Of a stretch of 64,000 nucleotides of DNA, positions 52,501-64,000 are shown in pieces. The DNA comes from Eledone cirrhosa. Its lineage: Eukaryota. How positions within the stretch are numbered: the first letter of the stretch is position 1; every line of letters starts with the position of its first letter. The DNA lies in contig OZ024740.1 of NCBI GenBank assembly GCA_964016885.1, forward strand, positions 124,992,001 to 125,056,000, written 5' to 3'. The notes under the pieces were generated by a model. That model made no database searches. It was not told the origin of the DNA and saw only the letters and a program-made list of their open reading frames with translations. A program made the translations under genes and the position numbers.

Positions 52501-54481
52501 ATAGTTTGCCACACAGTTGGATTGAAAAATGTTTAGAGATTTTCAAAATATCCCCCGTTGTCAGGAAGTTTTTGTCATTCAGTATGAAGACATGGAAAAC
52601 GACACTCCTTTTGAATAGTGAAACAAAATCACTGGAAGCTGGAGAAGTTAATATTAATTGTGGAATTTTTCAGGGTGACTCTTTATCACCGCTTTTATTC
52701 TGCATCGCACTTATACCATTAAGTAAAATGCTCAATGAAACAAAACATGGATATAAAGTCTATGACAAAACCATTAATCACCTGTTCTACATGGATGACC
52801 TGAAACTATTTGCAAAAAATGATGAACAATTGCAAGGGCTATTATCCACTGTGGAGCAGTTCAGTGATGACATTAAAATGGAGTTTGGACTAGATAAATG
52901 CGCCAAAGCAACGTTCACCAGAGGAAAGCTGCTGAAGAGTTCAGACATTAATCTTGATCGGGGGAACGTGATAAGAGAACTTGATCAAGAAAAAACTTAC
53001 AAATATCTAGGTGTTTGTGAAGGAGACGGAATCAAGCACTCGACAATGAGGGAAAGGATAAGGAAGGAATGTTACCGCAGAGTAAGAGCAATCTTAAGAA
53101 CGGAATTGAATGCAAGGAATAGGATCGATGCCATAAACACGCTTGCCATACCAGTAGTAACCTACAGTTACAATGTCATCAACTGGTCAAGCACAGAGAT
53201 CCGTAGGCTCGATACAAACATTCGAAAATTCTTAACCATGCACAGAATGCATCACCCTAAGGCAGATATAGATAGAATATATCTCCCTAGGAAAGAAGGA
53301 GGACGTGGGTTAATCCAGTTAGACATTGCGTTGAAAACTGCAACAATTGGATTATCTACATATCTTAGGGAATCACATGATTGGATGATCAAACTCGTTT
53401 TGAAACACGAAAGCATCAAAAGATCATATTCCATTACAAAAGATGCACAAAGATACAGTTATGGACTACAAATTTCAGAAGTCCCATGTACTGCTGAAAT
53501 GGGAAACACAGAAAAAGCAAAGCAGGTAAAAGTAACTGCAAAGAAAGAACTGCTACAGAAACTGGCTAAGAAATGGCAAGAAAAGCCTCTGTATGGAAAA
53601 TACCCAGAGCGAGCTAACAATCCTGATGTTGACAAAACTTTAACTCATCAGTGGTTGGCATCCTCTGGACTAAAATCGGAGACTGAAGGACTGATTATAT
53701 CAGCACAAGATCAGTGTCTGCCAACAAAAAATTACCAAGCCAACATAATAAAAAATGGATGCAGCCCATTATGCCGTGTATGCAAAAAACAACCAGAGAC
53801 CATTGACCATATAATTTCAATGTGCAGTCCTATAGCTCCAATCGAATACCTAAACAGGCATGACAGAGCTGCACAATACATACACTGGATAATGTGTAAG
53901 CATTTTGACCTGCCCCATCAAAAGAATTGGTGGGAGCATCAACCACCTCCCATACTTGAAAAAGATCACATCTCAATCTTGTGGAACTTTAGCATCCAAA
54001 CAGACCGAAAAATAGATGCAAATAGACCTGATATAATATTGAAGGACTTTAAAAAGAGGGTATGCCTGCTAATTGATATGTCTGTTCCAATAGACAAGAA
54101 TGTATCTATAAAAACATTTGAAAAATTGAGCAAGTATAAGGACCTGGAGATAGAAATTGGAAAAATGTGGAAATTGAGAACTAAAACAATACCAGTGGTT
54201 GTAGGCGCTCTGGGAATGATACCTAAGGGGTCTAATGATTACTTATCGCAGATCCCAGGAAACCCGCGTATAGGAGAAATACAAAAGATAGTACTAATGG
54301 GAACTGCCCATATACTAAGGAAGATTCTGTCAATATAAGTACATCACAAGTCTAAACACTAAAGATGCATGTGTGAGTATGTATGTTCTTCCTTGAACAT
54401 GGCGGACCTTGTTGTCTCTTGAAGTCACTGGTTGTGACTTGGTGATAACTCGTATGAACATAAAGCAAGATAAATGCAACT

Positions 54482-54521
<40 letters not shown>
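49541..54521 (+). mobile_element. R4/Dong-like RLE retrotransposon family A, unit 1 (full length, with ~1 kb upstream segment and (TAA)n tail)
   Basis: Single long ORF with RT and restriction-like endonuclease, short 3' UTR, (TAA)n at 54483-54521; the unit restarts at 54522. Confidence 0.9.
50690..54338 (+). pseudogene. R4-like RT-RLE polyprotein with a few stops and a frameshift
   Basis: WKSPGKD, NYRPITCL, GIFQGDSLSP, FYMDDLK, YKYLG, CRVC..ETIDHIISMC, RHD, RPDII..IDMSVP, EKLSKY (PD-D/ExK); internal stops e.g. ~50867, ~51602 and 52452. Confidence 0.92.
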
Positions 54522-56973
54522 GGGAAGAAGACGCACGGGGTGGTAGAAGGTCATGAAATCGCTCCCGTAAGTTTTTGATTTTTAACATATTTAAATCAAT
54601 TGTGAAATAACAATTCTTAGTACAAATGATGCATAAACTACCGAATCAAGTCTCATAAAATTTCGGATCCATAATATATTGTTTTATCGCTCAAATATTC
54701 AATTTTGTATTATATGTTTTATATTCAAAACAGAAAATGGTTATAAATGGAAGAAAACCCCTCTGTCTACACTATATAGAACAGCCAAATAACAGCAATT
54801 TCACCAACAACAGAAACTTGATACACCACCTACCTCATCACCCCGCTGTGTACACTAAATATAACAGCCAGATAACGGCAATTTCACCACCACCACCACC
54901 AATCCCAGCATCATAATAATAATTACTATTATTATTGTCTCAAGTTTTAACAAAATGTTTAATTCCAATATTACGGAAATATGTCAACACATATATTAAA
55001 CATACGCGACACAAACGCATAGATACTACAGATCAAACAAGACTAGTCTATTCAACACATATATTGAACATACACGACACAAACGCATAGATACTACATA
55101 TCAAAAAAACTAGTCCATTCAACAAAACTCAGTAACGACAACGCCACCGCCGTCACCACTCCATCCATCATTGCTACCACTATCCCATCACCGCCGCCAC
55201 CACTCCTTCATTGCTACCACCACTATTTCCCTGTTAACTTAAGAAAGGGGAAAGTGGCGGTATCACTAGACAAGGGAGAGGCTAGCAAAAGATATAAATA
55301 GATTGACTTAGTGACCCGGCCACCGGCCAAACGTCAACAACTATGGCACTGCTGGCTCCCCCTTCCTCACCAACAATATAAAAAGCCCCAGGACCACCAC
55401 CGACATAGCCAACAACAATAACAGGCAACTTCAGCAAAAAGTATATTATATTATTGTAATGCACTGGGTGATTGCTGGCATTGTGCCTGGAGTGGAGACA
55501 ATTATTAATAATTTCATTCTTAAGCCACGCAATGCTCATATTAAGGAACCACTCATGATAATAACAATTTAAAAAATCAACAAAAAATAAAACCCCGTGA
55601 CCAAGAAATACCGGGATGGCGGCCGGTGGGGAATAGCCGTGTCTCTAGGGGAGAACGACCCCTCTAGTCTTGGTTGGCACTCGTTCTAGAAGAGGTAACA
55701 CGAAATGATTACCCCTTGGCGGTTAAGGATAAAACGCGACAAAATAAAGTATGTCTAATGATAAAATCTCATACCGGAGCGGCCGTCACCCGGGTAAAAA
55801 AGGGCCGCGTCCCTCAGAGAGGAACCAGACTGGGGTCGAAAAATCAGCTAATGGTTCAAACCTTCCCATCACTTCGGAGCTGGAGACCTCCCATAACCGG
55901 AATACTCCTACTGTTGGCCCTCCATGCTCACCACCAAGAAATCCAAAGAAAAAGAGAGAAAAATGGTCAAGGGAAGATAATAAAGAAGTCCTTGAGGCTT
56001 TCTACACTGCCATGTACTACCCATCAAATACATCGAATACAGAACAGACATATATCAACTGGAAAAAGACACATCCCGAAAACAGAGGCTATATTGACAG
56101 TAACAAACTAGCCAATATACGAAGAAATATTGTAAAAAAAAAAAGTTACTAACTGATATAGAAATTGATCAGATCAAGCAATTAGCACAAAGTCAGCGAA
56201 GGGAAAATGAAACATGTGTCAGTGAAAACGAGGTAAATTGTAACACTTCCAATCCCAGGGTTGGGGCGGAATCACTGACAGCAGAACAAATTAAAGAATG
56301 GATCGAACAAGTGGAGGGAGTGCATGCTCAAGATGAAACTCCAAATGAAAATAATGAGATCGTAAATGATAAAGAAATGAATTAGAATGAACTTGCCAAC
56401 TTGAAGGATGAAATTATGATCGAATGGATGAAAATGAAAGAATCTGACATGGGGCAACGAGACACCCTCCCTAAGATCCAGAACTCCAAACAGAACCAAA
56501 AGATAATACACAAGACTAACATAATTTGCAAAAACATTATCATCACAAACAAACTAAACATTACTGATTTAAATCATCACTATTATGCATCGGCTAAAGT
56601 CACCACTCACTTATGTGGAGTGAAGATGAAAAAACAAAGGAATTCCCACAAGAAATCTACTTGGCAAGAGAACATCAATCGCCAAATAAACCTTCTCCGA
56701 TCTGACATAGAAATTTTAACAAACTATAAAGTAGGTGAACATGTTAAACAAACTAAACTTAGAAAATTGAAAAGAAAGTACAGTATAAAATCAACAAGTG
56801 ACATAGTCATGCTGATAGAAATAATCAAGCAAAAAGTGTCGGCCAAAGCTGCTCGTATAAGGCGCTTTGAAAAACGATCTAGATTCTATAAGGACAATAA
56901 TATGTTCAAAAACAACCAAAGAAACTTCTACAGAAAAATTGGTAAGTCAACAATAACTGCTAAATCAATACCA
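54522..56973 (+). mobile_element. R4-like family A, unit 2 (5' half, 3'-truncated)
   Basis: High identity to 49541-51907; ORF starts at 55751; identity ends at 'aatcaatacca'. Confidence 0.92.
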
Positions 56974-59798
56974 ACAATAAGCAACAGCAAATACGGTGAG
57001 GAAACTACTGAGGAAACTACTGAGGAAACTACTTGGTATAAAAGCGAGAGGAAACAACAGACAAGAAAGAGCAGAGCCTTGGTGGAAGAAACGACTGAGT
57101 GGTCAAATCAGGGAAATGAGAAATGACATTGGAAAGCTTGAGTCCCTACTGAATGGGACACTAAAAATAGACTGGAAATAAAGTACAAAACTAGGAGGAA
57201 AAAGCTAAATATTATCATAGAGGAACTGAAGCAACGCATTGTACATTGTAGCAAAGAGTGCAAAAATCAGGCGATACGAGAACAGAGTCAGCCAGTATAG
57301 ACAGAACCGCATGTTCGACAACAACCAGAAGATGCTGTTTGGACAGCTTGAAGGGAAAGAAAAAGGCAACGACTTGATCCCTGAGGCGGAACAAACTAAA
57401 ACATTCTGGAGAAGAATATGGGAGCATGATGTTAAACATAATGACCAGGCACTGTGGATTGAGACAGTACAGAAGGAGATTAGTGAACAGGCACACCAAC
57501 AAACTGATTTGAGTATCACAGTTGAAACTCTTAAGGGGCAGGCCAAAAAACTAACCAACTGGAAATCACCAGGCCCAGATGGTGTGCAGGGGTATTGCAT
57601 TAAAAATATAACATCCCTCCACCCGAAACTGACAACCATGTTCAATGACTGCTTGATGTCAGGTGAGGTTACAAAGTGGTTGACAAAAGGTACCACAGTT
57701 CTGATAATGAAAGACCGAATCAAGGGTAATGATGTTACCAACTATAGACCTATCACATGTCTGTCCGTAATGTGGAAACTGTTGACAAGCATTATGTCTG
57801 AGGAAATCTACCATCACCTCCACGCAAACAACTTGTTACCGGACGAACAGAAAGGATGCCGAAAGAAGTCACGTGGTACAAAGGACCAGTTACTTATTGA
57901 TAAGATGATAATGAGGAATTGTAAGAGGAGACACACTGGTCTTGCCATGGGATGGATAGACTACAAAAAGGCATTTGACATGGTGCCTCATTCTTGGATC
58001 ACCAAAAGCCTGGAGATCTTCAAGGTGGCAGATAACATCAGACAGTTGTTGGGCAAAAGTATGAAGTCCTGGGAAACAGAGTTGACATCAACTGGAGAAT
58101 CCTTGGGAAGCGTGAAGATCAAGAGAGGTATCTTCCAGGAAGATAGTCTGTCCCCTCTGTTGTTTGTCTTTGCCCTGATGCCCCTGACCAGTGTACTGCG
58201 AAAAGTGAGAGCAGGATACAGGTTGGGAAAGGGAGGGCTTACCATCAAGCACCTCCTCTTCATGGACGATATTAAGATCTTCGGGAAGAGTGAGACGGAG
58301 TTGGATGTGCTTGTTGACACTGTCCGTATTTTCAGCAATGATATATGTATGCAATTTGGTATTAGTAAGTGTGGAGTCATTGTGATGAAGAGGAGTAAGT
58401 TGAGCAGAAGTAACGGAATCCAGGTACCAACAGGTGAGATGATAAAGGAAATTGACTTTGAAGAAGGATACAAGTATTTGGGCGTTCTGGAGGCTGATGA
58501 CATCAAGAACAAAAAAATGAAGGAATTGATAAGAACTGAATACATTCGGAGAATAAGGAGTGTATTAAAGTCACATCTGAACAGTAGGAATGCCATAAGT
58601 GCAGTAAATTCCCGAGCTGTGTCTATTATTAGGTACAGTGCGGGAATTCTGAGATGGAATGTTGCTGAACAAAAAGAGATGGATAGGAAGACTAGGAAGC
58701 TATTGACTATCTACAATATGTTCCACAAAAGGAGTGATGTCGATAGATTCTATTTAAGGAGATCTGAAGGTGGAAGAGATCTTATCAGCATAGAGGACTG
58801 TGTTAGGATGGAGAAAAACAACCTACACAAATACGTGACTGATAGTAAGGAGCCAATGCTCAGAACTGTACTAAAGGAGGCGACAATAGGCCAGGGGATG
58901 TCCAAGGAGGAAATAACGTCAAGGAGAAAGAGCAGCCTTCAGGAAAAATCCCTTCATAGTACCTTCTTTGAGAAAACTGAATTTAGAGATCCACAGACAT
59001 GGAACTGGTTGAAAAGAGGAGACCTTAAAAAGGCTACAGAAGGAATGTTAATGCCTGCGCAGGAGCAGGCCCTCAAAACGAAGTGGTTGAAACACCATAT
59101 TTACAAGGAGGAGGCTAGCCCACTGTGCAGGATCTGTGGAGAGAGAGAGGAGACTGTGGCTCACATTGTATCCGAGTGTAAACACCTAGCCCAGACTCAC
59201 TATAAGGGCTGGAGACATGATGTGATGGGCAGGGTGATCCACTGGCACCTATGCAAAGTAAACAATTTACCACATTCTGAGAAGTGGTATGAGCATAAGC
59301 CAGAGGCGGTGATAGAAAACGATCAGGTGAAGGTGCTGTGGGATTTTAGGATACAGACGGACAAGAAACTGGAACACAATAGACCTGACCTGGTGGTTGT
59401 GGACAAAGAAAAAACATCGTGCCTGATTGTGGATGTGGCCTGCCCATTCGAAACGAGAGTGCAAGAGAAGGAGAGGGAGAAAATTAACCGATACCGGGAC
59501 TTAAAGTGGGAGGTAAAAAGGATTTGGAACTGCCATGAAGTCAAAGTGATCCCAATTGTCATAGGCGCACTAGGGACTATCTCAAAAGGTTTCCAGGGAT
59601 GGTTAAAGAAAATTGGCCCCTTCACGCTTTTTGGAACGCTTCAAAATGCATGCTTGCTGGGAACAGCAAGAACCCTCTGATACGTCCTGAATATCTGAGG
59701 CTGCAGGTAGTGGCTTGATATTCATTTCAACAAACTTTCCAGTTCACTAACATCAATGACTGAGACTCAAAGAGTAATAACAAGAATAATAATAATAA
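56974..59798 (+). mobile_element. R4/Dong-like family B, 5'-truncated, with (TAA)n tail
   Basis: 813-aa open stretch 57239-59680 with RT (FMDD; GIFQEDSLSP), CCHC, RHD and RPD..VDVACP; premature TGA at 59678, natural stop at ~59696. Confidence 0.93.
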
Positions 59799-60785
59799 TT
59801 ATTATTATTATTGTTGTTATTCCTTGAATCTCAGTCATTGATGTTGGTTAACTGGAAAGTCCGTTGGAATGAATATCAAGCCACTACCTGTGAGCCTCAG
59901 ATATTCAGGACGTATCGGAGGGTTCTTGCTGTTCCCAGCAGGCATGCCTTTTGAAGCGTTCCAAAAAGCGTGAAGGGGCCGATTTTCTTTAACCATCCCT
60001 GGAAACTTTTGGAGATAGTCCCCAGTGCGCCTATGACAATCGGGATCACTTTGACTTCATGGCAGTTCCAGATCCTTTTCACCTCCCACTTTAGGTCCTG
60101 GTATCGGTTAATTTTCTCCCTCTCCTTCTCTTGCACTCTCGTGTCGAAAGGGCAGGCCACATCCACAATCAGACACGATCTTTTTTCTTTGTCCACAACC
60201 ACCAGGTCAGGTCTATTGTGTTCCAGTTTTTTGTCCGTCTGTATCCTAAAATCCCACAGCACCTTCACCTGATTGTTCTCCATCACCGCCTCTGGCCTAT
60301 GCTCATACCATTTCTCAGAATGTGTTAAATTGTTTACTTTGCACAGGTGCCAGTGGATCACCCTGCCCATCACATCGTGTCTCCAGCCCTTATAGTGGGT
60401 CTGGGCTAGGTGTTTACACTCGGACACAATGTGAGCCACAGTCTCCTCTCTCTCTCCACAGATCCTGCACAGTGGGCTAGCCTCCTCCTTGTAAATATGG
60501 TGCTTCAACCACTTCGTTTTGAGGGCCTGTTCCTGCGCAGCCATTAGCATTCCTTCTGTAGCCTTTTTGAGGTCTCCTCTTCTCAACCAGTTCCATGTCT
60601 GTGGATCTCTAAATTCAGTTTTCTCAAAGAAGGTACTATGAAGGGATTTTCCCTTAAGGCTGCTCTTCCTCCTTGATGTTATTTCCTCCTTAGACATCCC
60701 CTGGCCTACTGTCCCCTCCTTCAGTACAGTTCTGAGCATTGGCTCCTTACTATAGATCACGTATTTGTATAGGTTGTTTTTCTCC
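59799..60785 (-). mobile_element. R4-like family B 3' fragment, inverted (RLE domain)
   Basis: ORF 59897-60785 is nearly identical to the C-terminus of 57239-59698; flanked on both sides by (TAA)n on its own strand. Confidence 0.93.
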
Positions 60786-60824
60786 TTATTATTATTATTA
60801 TTATTATTACTATTATTATTATTA

Positions 60825-61912
60825 GGGTGGTAGATTGGCATTTTCAGTAGAGCATCAGACAATATGCTTTATGGAGTAGGGTTACGCCCCTTTCTCATAT
60901 GAGTTCAAATCCCACCGAGGTTATCTTTGCCTTTCATCCTTATAGGGTTGATAAAATAATGTACCATTCACGCACTGGGGTCGATTCAATTGTCTTTCCC
61001 CACCCCCAAAATTGCTCAACTTGTGCCTAAAAGTAGAAAGAATTATTTTCATTATTATTATTGTAGATTTGCAGAATTTGTAAGGCATCAGACAATATGC
61101 TTAACAGCATAGAGTTACAGCCTTTTACGATTTGAGTTCAAATCCTGTTGAGGCTAGCTTTACCTTTCATCGTTACAGTGTTGATAAAATAAAGTACCGG
61201 TGTACCTTCCTGTACCATCCTGTGCTGTCCTTTATGTATTTTTTGTAAATGCTTTGTGGTTAATATCAGGGCAGCAGATTGGCATTATCGGTAGAGAGTT
61301 GGACGCCATGCTTTGCAGCATAGAGTTATGGTCTTTTATGATCTGAGTTCAAATCCCGCCAAGGTTAACTTTGCCTTTCACCCTTACAAGGTCGATAAAA
61401 TAAAGTATCAATCATGCACTGGGGTCGATTTAATCGATTTTCCCCTCCCCCAAAATTGCTGGCCATGTGCCTATAGTGCCTATAGTGCCTATATAAGAAA
61501 CCATTATTATTATACAAGGGCGGTGGTTTGGCAGTATCGGTAGAGAGTCGGATGCCATGCTTTCCAGCATAGTTACGTCCCTTTACGGTCTGAGTTCAAA
61601 TCCTTCCGAGGTTCACTTTGCCTTTCATTCTTACGGGGTCGATAAAATAGAGTACCAGTAATGTACTGGGTAATTGCTGACCTTGTGCCAAAATAGAAAC
61701 AATTATTATACAAGGGCGGTGGATTGGCAGTATCGTTAGAGGGTCGGACACCATGCTTTGACGCATAGAGTTACGGCCCTTGCCATTCTGAGTTCAAATC
61801 CCGCCGAGGTTAACTTTGCCTTTCATCCTTACAGGGTTGATAAAGTAAAGTACCAGTAATGAACTGGATAATTGCTGGCCTTGTGCCAAAAGTAGAAACA
61901 ATTATTATTATA
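60825..61912 (+). mobile_element. Head-to-tail array of about five family A SINEs
   Basis: Copies start at about 60825, 61062, 61268, 61517 and 61712, each with A-box tggcagtatcgg-like and B-box gagttcaaatcc motifs, joined by (ATT) tails. Confidence 0.9.
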
Positions 61913-62729
61913 CAACTTATGTGGCCTTCATGAACCTGTTTAGCTTGTATTTTATTGGTTATTGACAAATGTCTTTCACACCATTTGCTATTACAATCCA
62001 ACTATCATCATCATATGATATATATTCATACCATATACTCTTATCAAGTCCAATGATTTACATATTAATAATAATTTCAAGTGCTTTAAAAATACAGGCA
62101 TTGCCATTTTGCAACAACACACTTTAATTCAGCAAAGAAGAAAAGATGAGGCAAATTAGTTAGTTAAGTGCAAACAATAAGCATTTTAAGACCATTTCTT
62201 TGCTAAAGCAGGGGCTAGCATTGCAGACACCACCACAAGCATCTATATTATTTGTATCTCCTCAACACCAATTTTCACTTCCTCTACTATCATCTTTAGC
62301 CATGCCCATCTTGGTCTTCTACTTCCTTCCAAGTCCATTTATGTCACTTTTCTCACTCAGTCACATTTATCTTTCCTCAAAACATGACTAAACCATCTCA
62401 TTTCAACATACATCACTGGTTTTATTCTCATCTTCCTCTTTACTTATTGTTTATTTCCCCTCTCATAGTGATTTCTCATTTCTATTACTTCCAGTCTTCT
62501 CTTGGGTAGATAATGCATAATTTTATATTACAGGATTGTTTACTTCACCAGAAGCACCTTCATCCCTATATCATGAAGAACATCTTAGACAGTGAAACAC
62601 TATATTAGAAAATATAATGTAAAAATCAATTTAAATTAGAATGAAATATAGTAGGAGTTGAAGCTGTTAGCTGGAATGTTGATACTCAAGAGAATAATGT
62701 TCAGTAAATATATTGCAAAATATAAACAC

Positions 62730-63165
62730 AATAATTGTTTCTACTTTTGGCACAAGGCCAACAATTACCCAATGCATTACTGGTACTTTATTTTATCAAC
62801 CCAGCAGGATTTGAACTCAGAATGTATAGGGCCATAGCTATGCTGCAAATCATGGTGTCTGATGCTCTAACACAATAATGGAACCCTACTATAATAATAA
62901 TAATAATAATAATAATTGTTTCTACTTTTTGGCACAAGGCCAGCAATTACCCAGTACATAACTGGTACTTTATTTTATCGACCCCGTAAGGATGAAAGGC
63001 AAAGTCAACCTCGGCGGGATTTGAACTCAGACCGTAAAGGGACGTAACTATGCTGGAAAGCATGGCGTCTGACCCTCTACCGATACTGCCAATCCACCGC
63101 CAGGGCCGTACATCTATGCTGAAAAGCATGGTGTCAGACGCTATACCAATTCTGCCAATCCACTA
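62730..63165 (-). mobile_element. Cluster of family A SINEs (one complete, two partial)
   Basis: 62912-63101 is a clean reverse-complement copy with an (ATT)n tail. Confidence 0.88.
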
Positions 63166-63627
63166 CAAGAAGAAGAAGATATTAGAAAAATAATAGCGAA
63201 AACATTAATAAAAACGTATACTATTTTACTACTTGTCAATAAAACATGACGATAGACCCAATGGATTGGTGATTCATAGTAGTTGTGAATTAATTAGTGG
63301 AAATTTGCTTATTAAGCAGATAATTTTGTCCAGCCTGTGGGTGTGGAGACATTTGGTGGAGTTGGGCGGCAAAGGTCTTGTCATCATTGGCAGCTCACCT
63401 TTCTGAGGTGTCACATGATACCCATGAGGATGACTGGTTGTTTCAGTGACTTAGACTTGCCATCACCAGTGATAATGCTGCGAGTGTCTTAGCTTGCCTC
63501 AAAATATTCTGTTAACCCTTGTGATGTGTGGCCACTTGATGGTCATTCTTGTTTTTGTTTCCCTATTTTGTTTCTTGTTCTGGTCATATATTTTGGTGAG
63601 GTTCCTAGCAATAGTAAATTGTATTCA

Positions 63628-63812
63628 GGATTGGCAGTATCGGTAGAGGGTCAGACGCCATGCTTTGACACATAGAGTTATGGCCCTTGCCATTCTGAGT
63701 TCAAATCCCGCCGAGATTAACTTTGCCTTTCATCCTTACGGGGTCAATAAAATAAAGTATCAGTAATGCACTGGGTAATTGCTGGCCTTGTGCTAAATGT
63801 AGAAACAATTAT
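63628..63812 (+). mobile_element. SINE family A
   Basis: Complete short-variant copy. Confidence 0.88.
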
Positions 63813-63839
63813 ATGTGTATATATTTGTGTTTATGTGTT

Positions 63840-64000
63840 TAAGAAGGACATCCAGCTGTAGAAAACCAGCTCAAAAAGCACCCAACCCACATTGTAAAGT
63901 GGATGTGTAAAAGACACAGTAAAAAGCACCCAGCACACACTGTCAATGTGGTGAGCATTAGGAACGGCATCCAGCGTAGAAAACCAGCCAGAAATACTCC
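63840..64000 (+). mobile_element. RTE 3' UTR remnant
   Basis: 'aaaagcacccagcacacactg' repeats and 'ttaggaacggcatccagc.gtagaaa' as at 2790-2900. Confidence 0.7.

Noticed and set aside
57988-58596. Long antisense ORFs over LINE coding regions (also 17707-18114, 48131-48574 and 57205-57741)
   Set aside because: Shadow ORFs on the opposite strand of retrotransposon ORFs, with no independent motifs.
60825-61912. Regularly recurring motifs resembling a CRISPR array or tRNA gene cluster
   Set aside because: The units are whole ~190-bp SINEs with no unique spacers, no cas genes and no complete cloverleaf.

Overview
AT-rich, repeat-dense animal genomic DNA. The SINE families, microsatellites and LINE complement resemble an octopod cephalopod; this is an inference from remembered repeat types, not a database result. 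No host protein-coding gene can be identified with confidence, and almost all long ORFs are transposon-derived or microsatellite artefacts. The ORF track also uses non-ATG starts. Main contents: (1) a near full-length RTE LINE (16.7-21.5 kb, minus) with a PHD-type zinc finger inside its reverse transcriptase and a tandemly duplicated upstream region, plus several truncated relatives; (2) a complete but mutated Charlie/SPIN-type hAT transposon with TIRs and a perfect 8-bp TSD; (3) a non-autonomous Helitron nested in an RTE; (4) an L1/Tx1-clade element; (5) an ~11-kb cluster of R4/Dong-like RLE retrotransposons organised around (TAA)n tracts, comprising a head-to-tail tandem, a family A/family B chimera and a ~2-kb tail-to-tail palindrome; and (6) many tRNA-derived SINEs, including a tandem array. 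The most unusual signals are a compact double-pseudoknot-like RNA motif just upstream of the R4-like ORF, the PHD finger inside the RTE RT, and the microsatellite-anchored retrotransposon cluster.
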